Below are positions 42,301-56,859 of a stretch of 64,000 nucleotides of DNA, in pieces (position 1 is the stretch's first letter; every line of letters begins with the position of its first letter). The DNA lies in the NCBI GenBank assembly GCA_964016885.1, contig OZ024748.1, positions 22,258,001-22,322,000 on the forward strand. The letters run 5' to 3'. The notes below the pieces were generated by a model. That model made no database searches. It was not told the origin of the DNA and saw only the letters and a program-made list of their open reading frames with translations. Position numbers and translations under genes: made by a program. Origin of the DNA: Eledone cirrhosa (taxonomy: Eukaryota).

Positions 42301-42344
<44 letters not shown>

Positions 42345-42635
42345 GTTATTGTTATTGTTGTTGTTGTTGTTGTTGTTATTGGCCAAGTTTGCAGAGAGGA
42401 TCGTTTTTTATTTCGGGGTTAGCATGTTTCTTATCGGAAGCACAAGCTAGTAGTTCTATAGATCAAAGAGAAAATTATGTTTATGTCAATAGACGTTCAT
42501 ATTTCAAAGGTGGTAACTCTCACATTACGTTCGATTGTAGAGTTAAGGTGGCACCTTGGATTGAAGTTACTCAACTGACGGAGGACAGACGTCAGATAGA
42601 GCGGGGACATGACGGCAGACAGAATATATGTAATC

Positions 42636-42796
42636 AGGAGGGATAGATTAATAAGAGAGACAGAGAGGGGGGCCGAAGGGGAGAGAGAAAGGGGAAAGAT
42701 GATAGAGGGAGAGAGATAGGAGGGGAAGAGATAGGGAGAGAAAGAGAAAGAGAGAGAGAGGAGTAGAGAGAGAAAGAGGGGGAGAGAGATAGAGAT

Positions 42797-42840
<44 letters not shown>

Positions 42841-42891
42841 AATTGACAGATTTACAGAGAGATAGAGAGGAGATAGATAGATAGATAGAGT

Positions 42892-42925
<34 letters not shown>

Positions 42926-43740
42926 CGGGGGTGAGTGAGATAGAGGAGACAGGGAGAGAGCGATAGGAGCAGAGAGAGGGAAGAGAGAGAAAGAGAGAGA
43001 GAGAGGGGGGAGTGAGAAAGAGGGGAGAGAGATAGAGAGAGAGAAAGAGAGAGTAAATAGACAGATTTACAGAGAGATAGAGAGGAGATAGATAGATAGA
43101 GAGAGAGAGAGAGCGGGGGTGAGTGAGATAGAGGAGACAGGGTGAGAGAGATAGGAACAGAGAGAGGGAAGAGAGAGAGAGAAAGAGAAAGAGAGAGATG
43201 AAGATATAGAAAAAGAAAAGGTAACGTATCATGAGGCGGGGGGGGGGGGGGATATATGAATGAATGATATTGAAAGTTTATAAGCCAGACAGTAAAGTAA
43301 GCAAAAGTGAGCACTATAAAAATGACAAAATACATACATACACACACACAAACACACACACAATGACACATACACACACACACATACTCACACACATTCA
43401 CACACATACATATATACACACACACAAACACACACACAATCACACACACACATACTCACACACATACATATATACACACACACATACACACACACATACA
43501 CTCATACACATACTCACATACACATACATACCTACATACACACACATACACACATACACACACACATACATACAGACACATACACACACACATACATACA
43601 TACATACATACATACATACATACATACATACATACATACATACATACACACATACAAAACACACACACACATCCACACAATCACACACATATACATGTAC
43701 ACATACACACACATTCAGACATACACACATACAAACACAA
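42636..43740. repeat. (GA)n-rich then (CA)/(CATA)n microsatellite field
   Basis: Directly visible. Confidence 0.9.
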
Positions 43741-43925
43741 GAAATATTTTACATACGTCTGTGCATGTTGGAATGGAATGAGCTTCAGTCGGTTTCGACG
43801 ATGATTGTTTCTAAATGTTCCAACAACAGAACGGTTTATTTCTGAAACTTACAGGGCTGAGCATTCCACTCTCGTGTGATAAATCGTGACACAGTGTAAG
43901 GCAGAGCTGGGTTTTTTTTCAAATA

Positions 43926-44093
43926 CAGTATTTCCCGGCGCCGAAGACGCTTCGTCCTCGAGGACGCACCCTAATTTTGACAACCAAAAATTTGAAAAAA
44001 AATATTAAACAACCTTCGGCCTCCAGGACTCATGGTTGATTTTTGAGACTTATTTTAGGAAAAAAGTAGCGTCTTCGACGCCAGGAAACACGG
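43926..44093. mobile_element. Tc1/mariner-pogo-like MITE
   Basis: TIRs cagtatttcccggcgccgaagacgc / gcgtcttcgacgccaggaaacacgg; another copy starts at ~63980. Confidence 0.7.
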
Positions 44094-44149
44094 TCCATAT
44101 GTAATTCACCCGACGAGCAATTCAAACCATTTCCGTCTACTTGATTTTA

Positions 44150-44270
44150 TTCACAAAACATAGGTCGACCCAGGACTATAATAAATGACGCCTGATATTC
44201 AACACTGTGGGATCGAACCCTCAACCTTAGCGATTGTGAGGTGAACTTCCTGACCACTCGGCCATGCTGC
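44150..44270 (-). mobile_element. tRNA-derived SINE (other family)
   Basis: - strand: A-box tggccgagtggtca, B-box gggttcgatccc. Confidence 0.6.
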
Positions 44271-44271
44271 A

Positions 44272-44735
44272 TCCACGAGTTTCCTCGATCCAATGAACAG
44301 TACTCTTTCCATCTGTCTCGATCTAGCATTATCACTCCAAGATCCGTTAAATTCCTTCCTGTGTCAGCACATAGCATATCCAGATAGGTTGTTGCAGGAC
44401 AACATCTACTTGTTTGGCCGTGCGCAAACTTCCATAAAAGAACACGACTGACACACTTGTTTTTTGCCCTGTAACAATGTCCCGCAAAACATACATCCTT
44501 CCTAGATGAACAATATCTGACATGGGAGGACTACCCAGATAGAGTTCTCCATTTGTGACTCTCTGGCACCAAAATATGTTGAAAGAATGTCTCAGGAGTC
44601 TCGTGTAACATCCATTTAGTCTTTTTTTCAGGGTTTTATTAAGCGTCCATGCATCCGATCCGCAGAGTAACACACGTTCAACAGTGGCTTTGAAGAACAC
44701 ACCCTTTAGTCTCCCCAAGAGAGATGATTGCCATA
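44272..44735 (-). mobile_element. RTE-clade LINE 3' fragment, degenerate
   Basis: FFKATVERVLLCGSDAWTL..RLNGCYTRLLR..W..RVTN.ELY; MLDRDRW. Confidence 0.75.
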
Positions 44736-45063
44736 TTTTGTCTTCTTCACAGTATATGCACAAGTGCTCGTATTCGGGTACACAGATGCACACATGCACT
44801 CATGTGTATACACATACACACTTATATATGCGCCTGTCTATGAAGACGTGTACACATGTATGTTCATATACGTGTGCGTCCATCTTTGTGGGGATGCGTA
44901 GGTTTATTATGAATACGTGTATGTATGTATGTTATCTCTTTCTCTTAATTTCGAATATATATTTTTTTGACCGGCCACCTTCCTGGTGGCAAGGTTGTAT
45001 GTATGTATGTATGTATGTATGTATGTATGTATGTATGTATGTATGTATGTATGTATGTATGTA

Positions 45064-48000
45064 TGTCACCCACAACATCAGCCAGTGTCACCCACCACAT
45101 ACCAGTGTCACCCACCACATCAACCAGTGTCACCCACCACATCAACCAGTGACACCTGCTACATCAGCCAATGTCACCCACAACATCAGCCAGTGTCACC
45201 CACAACATCAGCCAGTGTCACCCACAACATCAGCCAGTGTCACCCACAACATCAGCCAGTGTCACCCACTACATCAGCCAGTGTCACCCACCACATCAGC
45301 CAGTGTCACCCACCACATCAGCCAGTGTCACCCGCTACATCAGCCAATGTCACCCACCACATCAGCCAGTGTCACCCGCTACATCAGCCAGTGTTACCCA
45401 CAACATCAGCCACAGTGTCACCCACAACATCAGCCAGTGTCACCCGCTACATCAGCCAGTGTTACCCACAACATCAGCCAGTGTCACCCACAACATCAGC
45501 CAGTGTCACCCACAACATCAGCCAGTGTCACCCACAACATCAGCCAATGTCACCCACAACATCAGCCAGTGTCACCCACAACATCAGCCAGTGTTACCCA
45601 CAACATCAGCCAGTGTCACCCACCACATCAGCCAATGACACCCACCACATCAGCCAGTGTCACCCGCTACATCAGCCAGTGTCACCCACAACATCAACCA
45701 GTGTCACCCGCTACATCAGCCAGTGTCACCCACAACATCAGCCAATGTCACCCACCACACCAGCCAGTGTCACCCACAACATCAGCCAGTGTCACCCACA
45801 ACATCAGCCAGTGTCACCCACAACATCAGCCAGTGTCACCCACAACATCAGCCAGTGTCACCCACCACATCAGCCAGTGTCACCCACAACATCAGCCAGT
45901 GTCACCCACAACATCAGCCAGTGTCACCCACCACATCAGCCAGTGTCACTCACAACATCAGCCAGTGTCACCCACAACATCAGCCAGTGTCACCCACCAC
46001 ATCAACCAGTGTCACCCACAACATCAGCCAGTGTCACCCACAACATCAGCCAGTGTCACCCACAACATCAGCCAGTGTCACCCACAACATCAGCCAGTGT
46101 CACCCACTACATCAGCCAGTGTCACCCACAACATCAGCCAGTGTCACCCACAACATCAGCCAGTGACACCCGCTACATCAGCCAGTGTCACCCACAACAT
46201 CAGCCAGTGTCACCCGCTACATCAGCCAATGTCACCCACAACATCAGCCAGTGTCACCTGCTACATCAGCCAGTGTCACCCGCTACATCAGCCAGTGTCA
46301 CCCACAACATCAGCCAGTGTCACCCACAACATCAGCCAGTGTCACCCACTACATCAGCCAGTGTCACCCGCAACATCAGCCAGTGTCGCCCACTACATCA
46401 GCCAGTGTCACCCACTACATCAGCCAGTGTCACCCACAACATCAACCAGTGTCACCCGCTACATCAGCCAGTGTCACCCACAACATCAGCCAGTGTCACC
46501 CACAACATCAGCCAGTGTCACCCACAACATCAGCCAGTGTCACCCACAACATCAACCAGTGTCACCCGCTACATCAGCCAGTATCACCCACAACATCAGC
46601 CAGTGTCGCCCACTACATCAGCCAGTGTCACCCACTACATCAGCCAGTGTCACCCACAACATCAGCCAGTGTCAACCGCTACATCAGCCAGTGTCACCCA
46701 CATCAGCCAATGACACCCACCACATCAGCCAGTATCACCCACCACATCAGCCAGTGTCACCCACATCAGCCAATGTCACCCACAACATCAGCCAGTGTCA
46801 CCCACATCAGCCAATGTCACCCACAACATCAGCCAGTGTCACCCACCACATCAGACAATGACACCCACAACATCAGCCAGTATCACCCACCACATCAGCC
46901 AGTGTCACCCACATCAGCCAATGTCACCCACAACATCAGCCAGTGTCACCCACAACATCAGCCAGTGTCACCCACAACATCAGCCAGTGTCACCCACCAC
47001 ATCAACCAGTGTCACCCGCTACATCAGCCAGTGTTACCCACAACATCAGCCAGTGTCACCCACAACATCAGCCAGTGTCACCCACAACATCAGCCAGTGT
47101 CACCCACAACATCAGCCAATGTCACCCACAACATCAGCCAGTGTCACCCACAACATCAACCAGTGTCACCCACATCAACCAGTGACACCTGCTACATCAG
47201 TCAGTGTCACCCGCTACATTAGCCAGTGTCACCCACAACATCAGCCAGTGTCACCCGCTACATCAGCCAGTGTCACCCACCACATCAGCCAGTGTCACCC
47301 ACAACATCAGCCAGTGTCACCCGCTACATCAGCCAGTGTCACCCACCACATCAGCCAGTGTCACCCACAACATCAGCCAGTGTCACCCACATCAACCAGT
47401 GACACCTGCTACATCAGTCAGTGTCACCCACAACATCAGCCAGTGTCACCCACAACATCAACCAGTGTCACCCACAACATCAGCCAGTGTCACCCACAAC
47501 ATCAGCCAGTGTCACCCACAACATCAGCCAGTGTCACCCACAACATCAGCCAGTGTCACCCACTACATCAGCCAATGACACCCACCACATCAGCCAGTAT
47601 CACCCACCACATCAGCCAGTGTCACCCACATCAGCCAATGTCACCCACAACATCAGCCAGTGTCACCCACAACATCAGCCAGTGTCACCCACATCAGCCA
47701 ATGTCACCCACAACATCAGCCAGTGTCACCCACCACATCAGCCAATGACACCCACAACATCAGCCAGTATCACCCACCACATCAGCCAGTGTCACCCACA
47801 TCAGCCAATGTCACCCACAACATCAGCCAGTGTCACCCACAACATCAGCCAGTGTCACCCACAACATCAGCCAGTGTCACCCACCACATCAACCAGTGTC
47901 ACCCACAACATCAGCCAGTGACACCCACAACATCAGCCAGTGTCACCCACAACATCAGCCAGTGTCACCCACAACATCAGCCAGTGTCACCCACAACATC

Positions 48001-48113
48001 AGCCAGTGTCACCCACCACATCAACCAGTGTCACCCACAACATCAGCCAGTGTCACCCACCACATCAACCAGTGACACCCACTACATCAGCCAGTGTCAC
48101 CCGCTACATCAGT
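45064..48113. repeat. 22-bp minisatellite, ~3 kb (~138 units)
   Basis: gtcacccacaacatcagccagt with variants; no unique spacers. Confidence 0.97.
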
Positions 48114-48183
48114 CATTCCACCCCAGCTTCAAAAACAAAGAATTTACCTTCGAACAGCTACTTCGAACTATTTTTAGGCAGTA

Positions 48184-48280
<97 letters not shown>

Positions 48281-48585
48281 TATGTGTATGTGTGTGTATT
48301 TATGTGTGTGTGTATGTATATGTGTGTCTAATATATGTGTGTGTGTATAGAATGGTTCTACGTAGAGAACCGTAAAGAAACCACAGTTAAATAAAGTACT
48401 CAATACATTAATTAGAGAAAGTAGATAACATACTTCTGATGGAAATATATTATACCACATAGTCATTATGTGGTTGATCTACCTCCTAGAAATAACAGTC
48501 AAATCTCCTTCAGATCACACCTTACCGTTTAAAAACGAGAAGGAAATACTGGGCCAGTATAAGGTAGCCGTGATTATACCATAAC

Positions 48586-48910
48586 TAAAGGTTGGCTGAT
48601 CATAGGTGCTGCTCGTCAGGACTGGCCTAGGGCTAAATAACGGCAACAGGGTAACTAGTGAAAGAGAAAGACAAGTGAAGTGAGCTAAACGAAAGGTTGG
48701 GTGATCATAGGTGCTGCTCAGTCAGGACTGGCCGAGGGCTAAACAACAATGACGGCAACAGGGTAACTAGTGAAAGAGAAAGACAAGTGAAGTGAGCTAA
48801 ACGAAAGGTTGGGTGATCATAGGTACTGCTCAGTCAGGACTGGCCTAGGGCTAAACAACAATGACGGCAACAGGGTAACTAGTGAAAGAGAAAGACAAGT
48901 GAAGTGAGTT
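48586..48910. repeat. 112-bp tandem repeat, ~3 copies
   Basis: acggcaacagggtaactagtg at 48640, 48752, 48864. Confidence 0.9.
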
Positions 48911-48970
48911 AGAAAGGGAAAGAATCAACGAAATTAAGGCGGAGAAGAGGGAGACAGAAATTGCTACTGA

Positions 48971-49079
<109 letters not shown>

Positions 49080-49524
49080 GGGGGACTGACAGACGGAACA
49101 GACACCACAGAGACACAGAGAGAGAGGGATACCACAGAAAGAGTGAGGGAGATAACGAGTGGAGAGAATGGGGAAATGGACGCTATGCTTTTCATTGTTG
49201 CTTTGAAATAAATGACATTGCTAATAAAAACAAAATGACTCCTACAATGAGTAGGGGGCCATGTTGCTAGACCTTATATTTTTCTCTCAATTTCTTATCA
49301 ATTTATATGTCATCATTGTACTTGAATATTTGATAACCGAAAATAAATGAATATTATTGAGAACAGAACAAAACCACTTCTACGCCATTGATAACATATA
49401 ACGATATAATTCTTTAACTTTATTAAACTGAAATTTTTTAGAATTGCCATTTATTTATTTAAATTTCTACTTAAGTTCTCAGGATTACCATTGAAAGCCT
49501 TCTTTTTGTTCACAAATAAATTAC

Positions 49525-50049
49525 ACTGTACGTCTGTATACATATAAGTATATACGTATACATACTTATATTTAAGTATCAGCCTTACTAAGAGTGAGAA
49601 ATGAAATTTCATTTTTTCCATTTATCGTTTTCGGTACGCCCGGCCGACTAACTCACTCGATATGCAAATTGGGCTGCTCAGCCGTTAATATGCATAAGGA
49701 AAGTATATACTTTCAAACGTTCAATCGACTGACAGGAAGGTATACGGTGTTGATGACAGCTAATAAGCTATAAACTAGTTCATCGTTCCTTTGTCAGTGT
49801 TGAACAAAAAGGCAACGATGGTTGCCGAACACTGTACGGCTTAATTCGGGCTGTTTGTTTACAAACAAACCGAACATTGCAATAAATGTTCGGTAAACCT
49901 ATACATACATATATATATATGTGTGCATGTATGTATGTATATACATATTACTGTACGTCTGTATACATATATGTATGTACGTATACATACTTATATTTAA
50001 GTATCGGCCGTACTAAGAGTGAGAAATGAAATTTCATTTTTTCCATTTA
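49525..50049. repeat. ~100-bp direct repeats (49525-49624, 49950-50049) around a unique core
   Basis: actgtacgtctgtatacatat...gagtgagaaatgaaatttcattttttccattta occurs twice. Confidence 0.85.
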
Positions 50050-50243
50050 AATTATATTGCTATATAAGAAACTTTAAACAAGGAGCTACTTTCGTACATA
50101 AATCACTGGCAAAGTTTTACTTACTGAATCAGAAAAGTTTGTTAAAGGGCCGGCTACTGAAACAGAAAAATCTATATAGAGAGTTAGTGGTAAACAGACA
50201 ACGGAATTTTGAGTGTGTCAGTAAATATGTTTGTGTTGCATAT

Positions 50244-50327
<84 letters not shown>

Positions 50328-50418
50328 CACACACACACACACATACATATACATACATATGTATATATATATACACATATATATATTATATATATATATG
50401 TGTGTGTATGCGTATATA

Positions 50419-50487
<69 letters not shown>

Positions 50488-50527
50488 CTGTGTGTGTGTG
50501 AATGAGTGTGTGTGTCTGTGTATGTAT

Positions 50528-50561
<34 letters not shown>

Positions 50562-50582
50562 CTACGCATACACACACATATA

Positions 50583-50682
<100 letters not shown>

Positions 50683-51454
50683 CTACACATACACACACAT
50701 ATATATATATATATATGCGTGTGTGTGTATGGCGAGTGTTGACTGAATGTTTTCGTCGCCGATTGCACCTTTTGACGGCGGCGACGGCGGCGACGGCGGC
50801 GACGGCGGCGACGGCGGCGGCGACCTGTGGGTGTTGTGTGTTGTTGACATCCAACGAGTTTGTATTAAGACTGATAGAGGGCGGAGTAGACGGACAAACA
50901 AAAAGCTATCGGAAAAACAAACAACTCCCAACACACATTCCAGAGAGAGGGGAGGGGGGGAGACAGACATGGAGAGAGGGAGAGAGGGAGAAAGAGAGAG
51001 AGGGGGGGGGGGCAGGCAGGGAGAGAGGGAGGGAGAAAGAGAGAGAGAGAGAGAGAGAAATAAAGAGAGAGAGAGAGAGAGAGAGGGTGAGACAGACAGG
51101 GAGAGAGGGGGAGAGAGAGGGAGAGAGGGAGGGAGAAAGAGAGAGGGGGCAGGCAGGGAGAGAGGGGGAGGGAGAAAGAGAGAGAGAGAGAAATAAAGAG
51201 AGAGGGTGGGGGGGTGAGATGACAGGGAGAGAGGGAGAGAGGGAGAAAGAGAAAGAGAGAGAGAGGGAGGGAGAAAGAAAGTGAGGGGGGAAAGGGGGGA
51301 GAAAGAGAGAGAGAGAGAGAGAGAGAAATAAAGAGAGAGCGAGAGGGGGGTGAGATAGACAGGGAGAGAGGGGGAGAGAGAGAGGGAGAAAGAGAAAGAG
51401 AGAGAGAGGGAGGGAGACAGGCAGAGTGAGAGAGAGCGAGGGGAGAGAGAGAGG

Positions 51455-51495
<41 letters not shown>

Positions 51496-52340
51496 CTGTG
51501 TGTGTGTTTGTTTGTGTGCCTGTGTACGTATTAGTGAGTATGTGTAAATGTATGTCTATAAATGTATATAGAAGTGTCTATATATATATAAGTGTATGGA
51601 TATGTATATGTATGTATATATTATGTATATATATGTATGTATATGTATATGTATGTATATGTATGTATATGTATGGATGCATTGTGAGTTATGTCTATTT
51701 ATCTAAATGTTTGTTTGTATGTATATGTTTACAGCACAGCGCATACGTGTCTGTGTATGTATGTATGTATGTATGTATACACACACATACACACACACAT
51801 ACACACACACACATACACACACACACACACAGATATATATATATATATACACACACCAAGAAAATATCATATATAGTGGAAGGTCAACAACAGCCCAAAA
51901 CAGTGAAAGCAGTAAAAACAAACATAGAGAACACAGCGGGGTGAATGTTATTATTTTAACGCTTAAATGAAAAACAGAAACAAATAGTCTCAACGTTTTG
52001 GACATTAGTCCTTCATTATACAGGTAAGAATAGAATAAGGGTCATGTGGACAATATGATTTCATGATTTGTGAAAGCGTGTATGAAATAGTCGTGGCTTA
52101 GTGTTCAGGGAAATCAACTGTGTCGGTGTGTGTGTGTGTGTGTGTGTGTATCGGTGTGTGTGTGTGTGTGTGTGTGTGTGTGCACGCGTGTGTATGTATC
52201 TGTGTATGTGCGTATGTGTGTATACTTGGTTGTGGTGCATCGATTGCATGTTTTGTTGTGAGAATGTGTGTCTACAAAGATGCAAGTTGTATTGTTGCTC
52301 CATGTGTGTGAGAGATAAAGAATCGTTTGTGGATGAGACT

Positions 52341-52445
52341 GCGTTAGTGGTTAGAGAACTGGATTCGCAATCTTGAGGTTGCGAGTTCAATTCTCGGACC
52401 GGGTGATGCGTTGTGTCCTTGAGCAAGACACTTTATTTCAGGGTG
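52341..52445 (+). mobile_element. tRNA-derived SINE head with CORE-like segment
   Basis: tagtggttaga...gagttcaattc...gttgtgtccttgagcaagacactt. Confidence 0.65.
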
Positions 52446-52506
52446 CTCCTTCTGCCAGGAGTCACGACCGGTAGACACACACACACAGACACACACATAT
52501 AAATAT

Positions 52507-52566
<60 letters not shown>

Positions 52567-53325
52567 CTGTGTGTGGTTGTATATCTCAATAATCATTAAG
52601 TATAGTTATTGTACATACAGTTGTTGTTATTTAGCCCCAGGTAAGCCCTGATGAACCAATTCTATGATCAGTTCCAGCCGTTACAAACACATAATTCTGC
52701 ATCTTTCCACTCTAGTACATTTCTTCCTCTTTTTCCTCTCCTATTTCCTGGATTATTCCTGGCTTTCTATTCAGTTTCCTTTTCCTCCTTTTCTTCACAA
52801 TGTTCCCCATTTCTCATGTAAACTTTCTACATGTTTCTCACTTTCTCTCTTCCTCTACTTTTTCTCATACGCACGCTTTCCTTCTCCTTCTTTTTGCTTT
52901 CTCCCACTCCCCCCACCCCACCCCATCCCACCCCATTTCCTTCTGCTTTCTACACCCTCTCTCTCTCTTTCCTTCTGCGCTCTACTTCTTCTCATCCTCC
53001 CTCTTTCCTTCTCTCTCTTTCTCTCTTTTTCCACCTTCCTTTTTTTATGTTCTCTTCTTCCTCCCAGTTCCCTCTCTCTCTCTTTTTTCTCCCTTTCACC
53101 TTCTTCTCCCCCCCCCCCCATTTTCTGTGATAATGCCTTGAACAAAGGGTTAGGTGTTACAACGGAAGTGGGAACAGGTAAAATCTCCAGCTTGGAGACA
53201 AAGAATGAAAGAACCGTGTACCAGAATCCCCTCCAGTTAGTAGTAGTGTCTGAAGTAAGGAAGGAATGTTCTAGCAATATCTCAAAATTATCCCAGTTAC
53301 GTACTGGAATGGAAATATAATTATG

Positions 53326-53541
53326 GTTTCTTATATAGGCACAAGGCCAGCAATTTTGTGGGAGGGGGAAAGTCGATTAAATCGACCCCAGTGAGTGACT
53401 GGTACTTTATTTTATCGACCCCGTAAGGATGAAAGGCAAAGTTAACCTCGGCGGGATTTGAACTCAGAATGCAGACGGCCATAACTCTATGCTGCTAAAC
53501 ATGGTGTCTGACGCTCTACCGATACTGCCAATCCACCGCCC
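53326..53541 (-). mobile_element. SINE family A, full length
   Basis: Reverse-complement A/B boxes and body. Confidence 0.85.
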
Positions 53542-54481
53542 TTATTTTATAATAATAATCCCCCATATAATCACATCCAGTATACGGATGTTTGTCAGCT
53601 ATCAATAACTATTAACAGAAATAGTCTTACCAATTTCCGAAACAACACCCGTTATACACACAATATTCTAACTACAAAATGTAACAATTCGTGTTTCACT
53701 GCCCATTCAGCTCAACTGCAAGGGAACAAAGCAAGATTGGCAATAAATTGAAATAAATGGAATAACTGCATATTTTAAAAATAAGTACTAAAACCTAATG
53801 AAATCTGAAGTCTGGTAGGGATGTCACTCGTCGAAATGTTGATTTCTTATTACACAACATTGAGAATAATTGTGCTTGGAACCGACAAATCCTCATCTCA
53901 TATATATATAAAGTTTTACACTCAACACAATAGCTCTTAAATGACAATCATATTGTTGAATAATGAAATAAGCATATAGTGACATGTTCCAGAGAAAATA
54001 AAAACCTATCTCCACACTCTCAGAGATTGTCAGCACTGAATGGTGCTAAGCTGGAACATAGAAAGCAGATGTTGTCTTCCATTTCTCTACCACGCCACCA
54101 ATAGACTCGAATGCTTAACTTTAGGAAACAATATAAGTACTATTTTTTGTTCTTTCCTTAATTGCTCTGACGTATGAGTGAAGTGAATGGAGATGGTGCG
54201 AGTTGAATTGATTACTGAAGTTTTATAGAAGATAAAAAAAAGGGGAATAAAACAGTTAAAGTCAACCTATTTTTTACTGGACGATATTCCACATATATTT
54301 CCGCTTGATAAATAAGACACTTGTGTCTCTCATTCAAGAGTTTGCTGCAGCCATTCACCCCTATTTATGGAGAAGACACAAAAGAATGAGGTTAAGAACA
54401 AGTCCTTCTACACAATGATAATAGAGGTTCTTCCAAAAATATCATTTACTGCAACTTAACCGCTTTTCTCCAGACAAAGTA

Positions 54482-54947
54482 GAATAATAATAATAATAAC
54501 AATAATAACAATTGTTTCTACTTTAGGCACAAGGCCAGCAATTTGAAGGGGAGGAAAAGTCGATTAAATCGACCCCAATGCATTACTGGTACTTCATTTT
54601 ATCGACCCCGTAAGGATGAAAGGCAAAGCTAACCTCGGTGGGATTTGAACTCAGAACGTAAAGAGACGTAACTATATGCCACAAAGCATGTTGTCCGATA
54701 CTCTACTGATACTGCCAATCCATTATAATAATAATTGTTTCTACTTTAGGCACAAGACCAGCAATTTTAAGGGGAGGGGAAAGTCGATTAAATCGGCCCA
54801 GTGCATTACTGGTACTTTATTTTATCGACCCCGTAAGGATGAAAGGCAAAGTGAACATCGGCAGGATTTGAACTCAGACCGTAAAGAGCCAGAACAAATA
54901 CCACAATGACATTTTTATCTGATGTTCTACCAATTCTGCCAATCCAC
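54482..54947 (-). mobile_element. Two tandem SINE family A copies
   Basis: 54510-54722 and 54735-54947, each with a (TTA)n tail on the - strand. Confidence 0.85.
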
Positions 54948-54969
54948 TTTCATAAATCTCTCTTCAATG

Positions 54970-55465
54970 CTGAAGGCAAATTTATCGTAGCTCAACTTAT
55001 GATCCAAGTTGAAGGCAAATTTATCGTAGCTCAACTTATGATCCAAGTTGAAGGCAAATTTATCGTAGCTCAACTTATGATCCAAGTTGAAGGCAAATTT
55101 ATCGTAGCTCAACTTATGATCCAAGTTGAAGGCAAATTTATCGTAGCTCAACTTATGATCCAAGTTGAAGGCAAATTTATCGTAGCTCAATTTATGATCC
55201 AAGTTGAAGGCAAATTTATCGTAGCTCAACTTATGGGCCAAGTTGAAGGCAAATTTATCGTAGCTCAACTTATGATCCAAGTTGAAGGCAAATTTATCGT
55301 AGCTCAACTTATGATCCAAGTTGAAGGCAAATTTATCGTAGCTCAACTTATGATCCAAGTTGAAGGCAAATTTATCGTAGCTCAACTTATGAGCCAAGCT
55401 GAAGGCAAATTTATGTAGCTCAACTTATGAGCCAAACTGAAGGCAAATTTATCGTAGCTCAACTC
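54970..55465. repeat. 39-bp minisatellite, ~12.5 copies
   Basis: tgaaggcaaatttatcgtagctcaacttatgatccaagt. Confidence 0.95.
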
Positions 55466-56082
55466 ATGTGCCTAATTATTCTGCTGAGGTAACACATTTG
55501 TGTATGGGATAGCATAAACACAAAATCATTCATTTGAATGGAAAAATTCATCATTTGTGATAAGCTTTAGCGTTTTGTTTTAGATTTCAGCTTTGCCATT
55601 ATATTGTCATTTCAGCCGTTAATACTCAGTTAATTTCTTTCTCAATCTCACTAATGCCGCCCAACATCATCTTTAAAACTACAATAACCTGAGATTTGAA
55701 AATGATGACCACTATGTCATCGGTGAAATGAAGTTCAAGAAAAGAAGAATGGCAAATTCAAACACTTACCTTAGCTCGTTGAAAGCACAGCATGATTCTA
55801 AGGTAATCCTATTAATAGTTGTTAATTCTACTATAGAGAACTAATCCAGTTAAATCAGGATTATTAACAAATTGTGTTTAGCAGACAGGTTGAAAAACGA
55901 GAGTAATTTTCGATGATCGAATGGCGTTAATATATGGAGAAATAAATTGGAAGGAGTTCGGTCTTCATCTATTTAGAAGTATATTTACAGTATACTGTCA
56001 CGTCTTCAAATGTTTGAAATATGTGAATTGGAAAACTCATACACACTTATATATATATATATATACGTATACACACATGTAT

Positions 56083-56114
<32 letters not shown>

Positions 56115-56251
56115 CACATATGTGTGTATATATATGGGGTGGGTATTTTCGTACCTGTTTGTTTAGGTAACTATGTAATTGTATCCGTACCACTGTTTTA
56201 CGCAAATATCAGAGGGATCTTCATAGGATGTGTGGCAGATATATTAATGGG

Positions 56252-56328
<77 letters not shown>

Positions 56329-56859
56329 TTAGAGAGAGAGAGATAGTTAGATAAATACTCATATATATATATATACATATATACACACACGCATACATGC
56401 ACATATGCATACATATACACATATGTGTATGTGTGTATATTTATGTGTGTGTTAGTGCGTGTATATACATGTAAATTGGTATGTGTTTTATATGTGTTTA
56501 TATGCATATTACCTGAATGGGAAGCCAAGAAACAATGGCAGCTACATCTGTGTTAACTAATTAATTAATGCTATCGAGAAGTGTGTTGATAGTAATGTAG
56601 AAAGCAGCACCGAGTGCGTATCATCTGACGCCATTGTTAAAGGTCAGAAATGCTTAGCAACAGACTGACAGTGTACCAAAGACAAGTACTAGTAGTTGTC
56701 AAATTTCATTGTCAACTAATATGCTTCTTTATGGTGGGGTTTGATAGGTTTACAAAGCAACCAAAACAGACTATCGTACTATCTATGATGCACTAAGAAA
56801 CAGATTATGCGATTATTGGCTAATTCGAACTGATCCAGTTTCATTAACACTGTTTAGTG

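Larger units (their letters stand above)
36275..42302 (+). mobile_element. Full-length L1/Tx1-type non-LTR retrotransposon, copy 2 (both ORFs intact)
   Basis: Same ends as copy 1, unrelated outer flanks, (TTA)n at both junctions. Confidence 0.96.

Noticed and set aside
44684-48350. Long ORFs over, or CRISPR-like reading of, the 22-bp array
   Set aside because: Head-to-tail minisatellite with no unique spacers or cas genes; 22 is not a multiple of 3 and all frames give the same peptide
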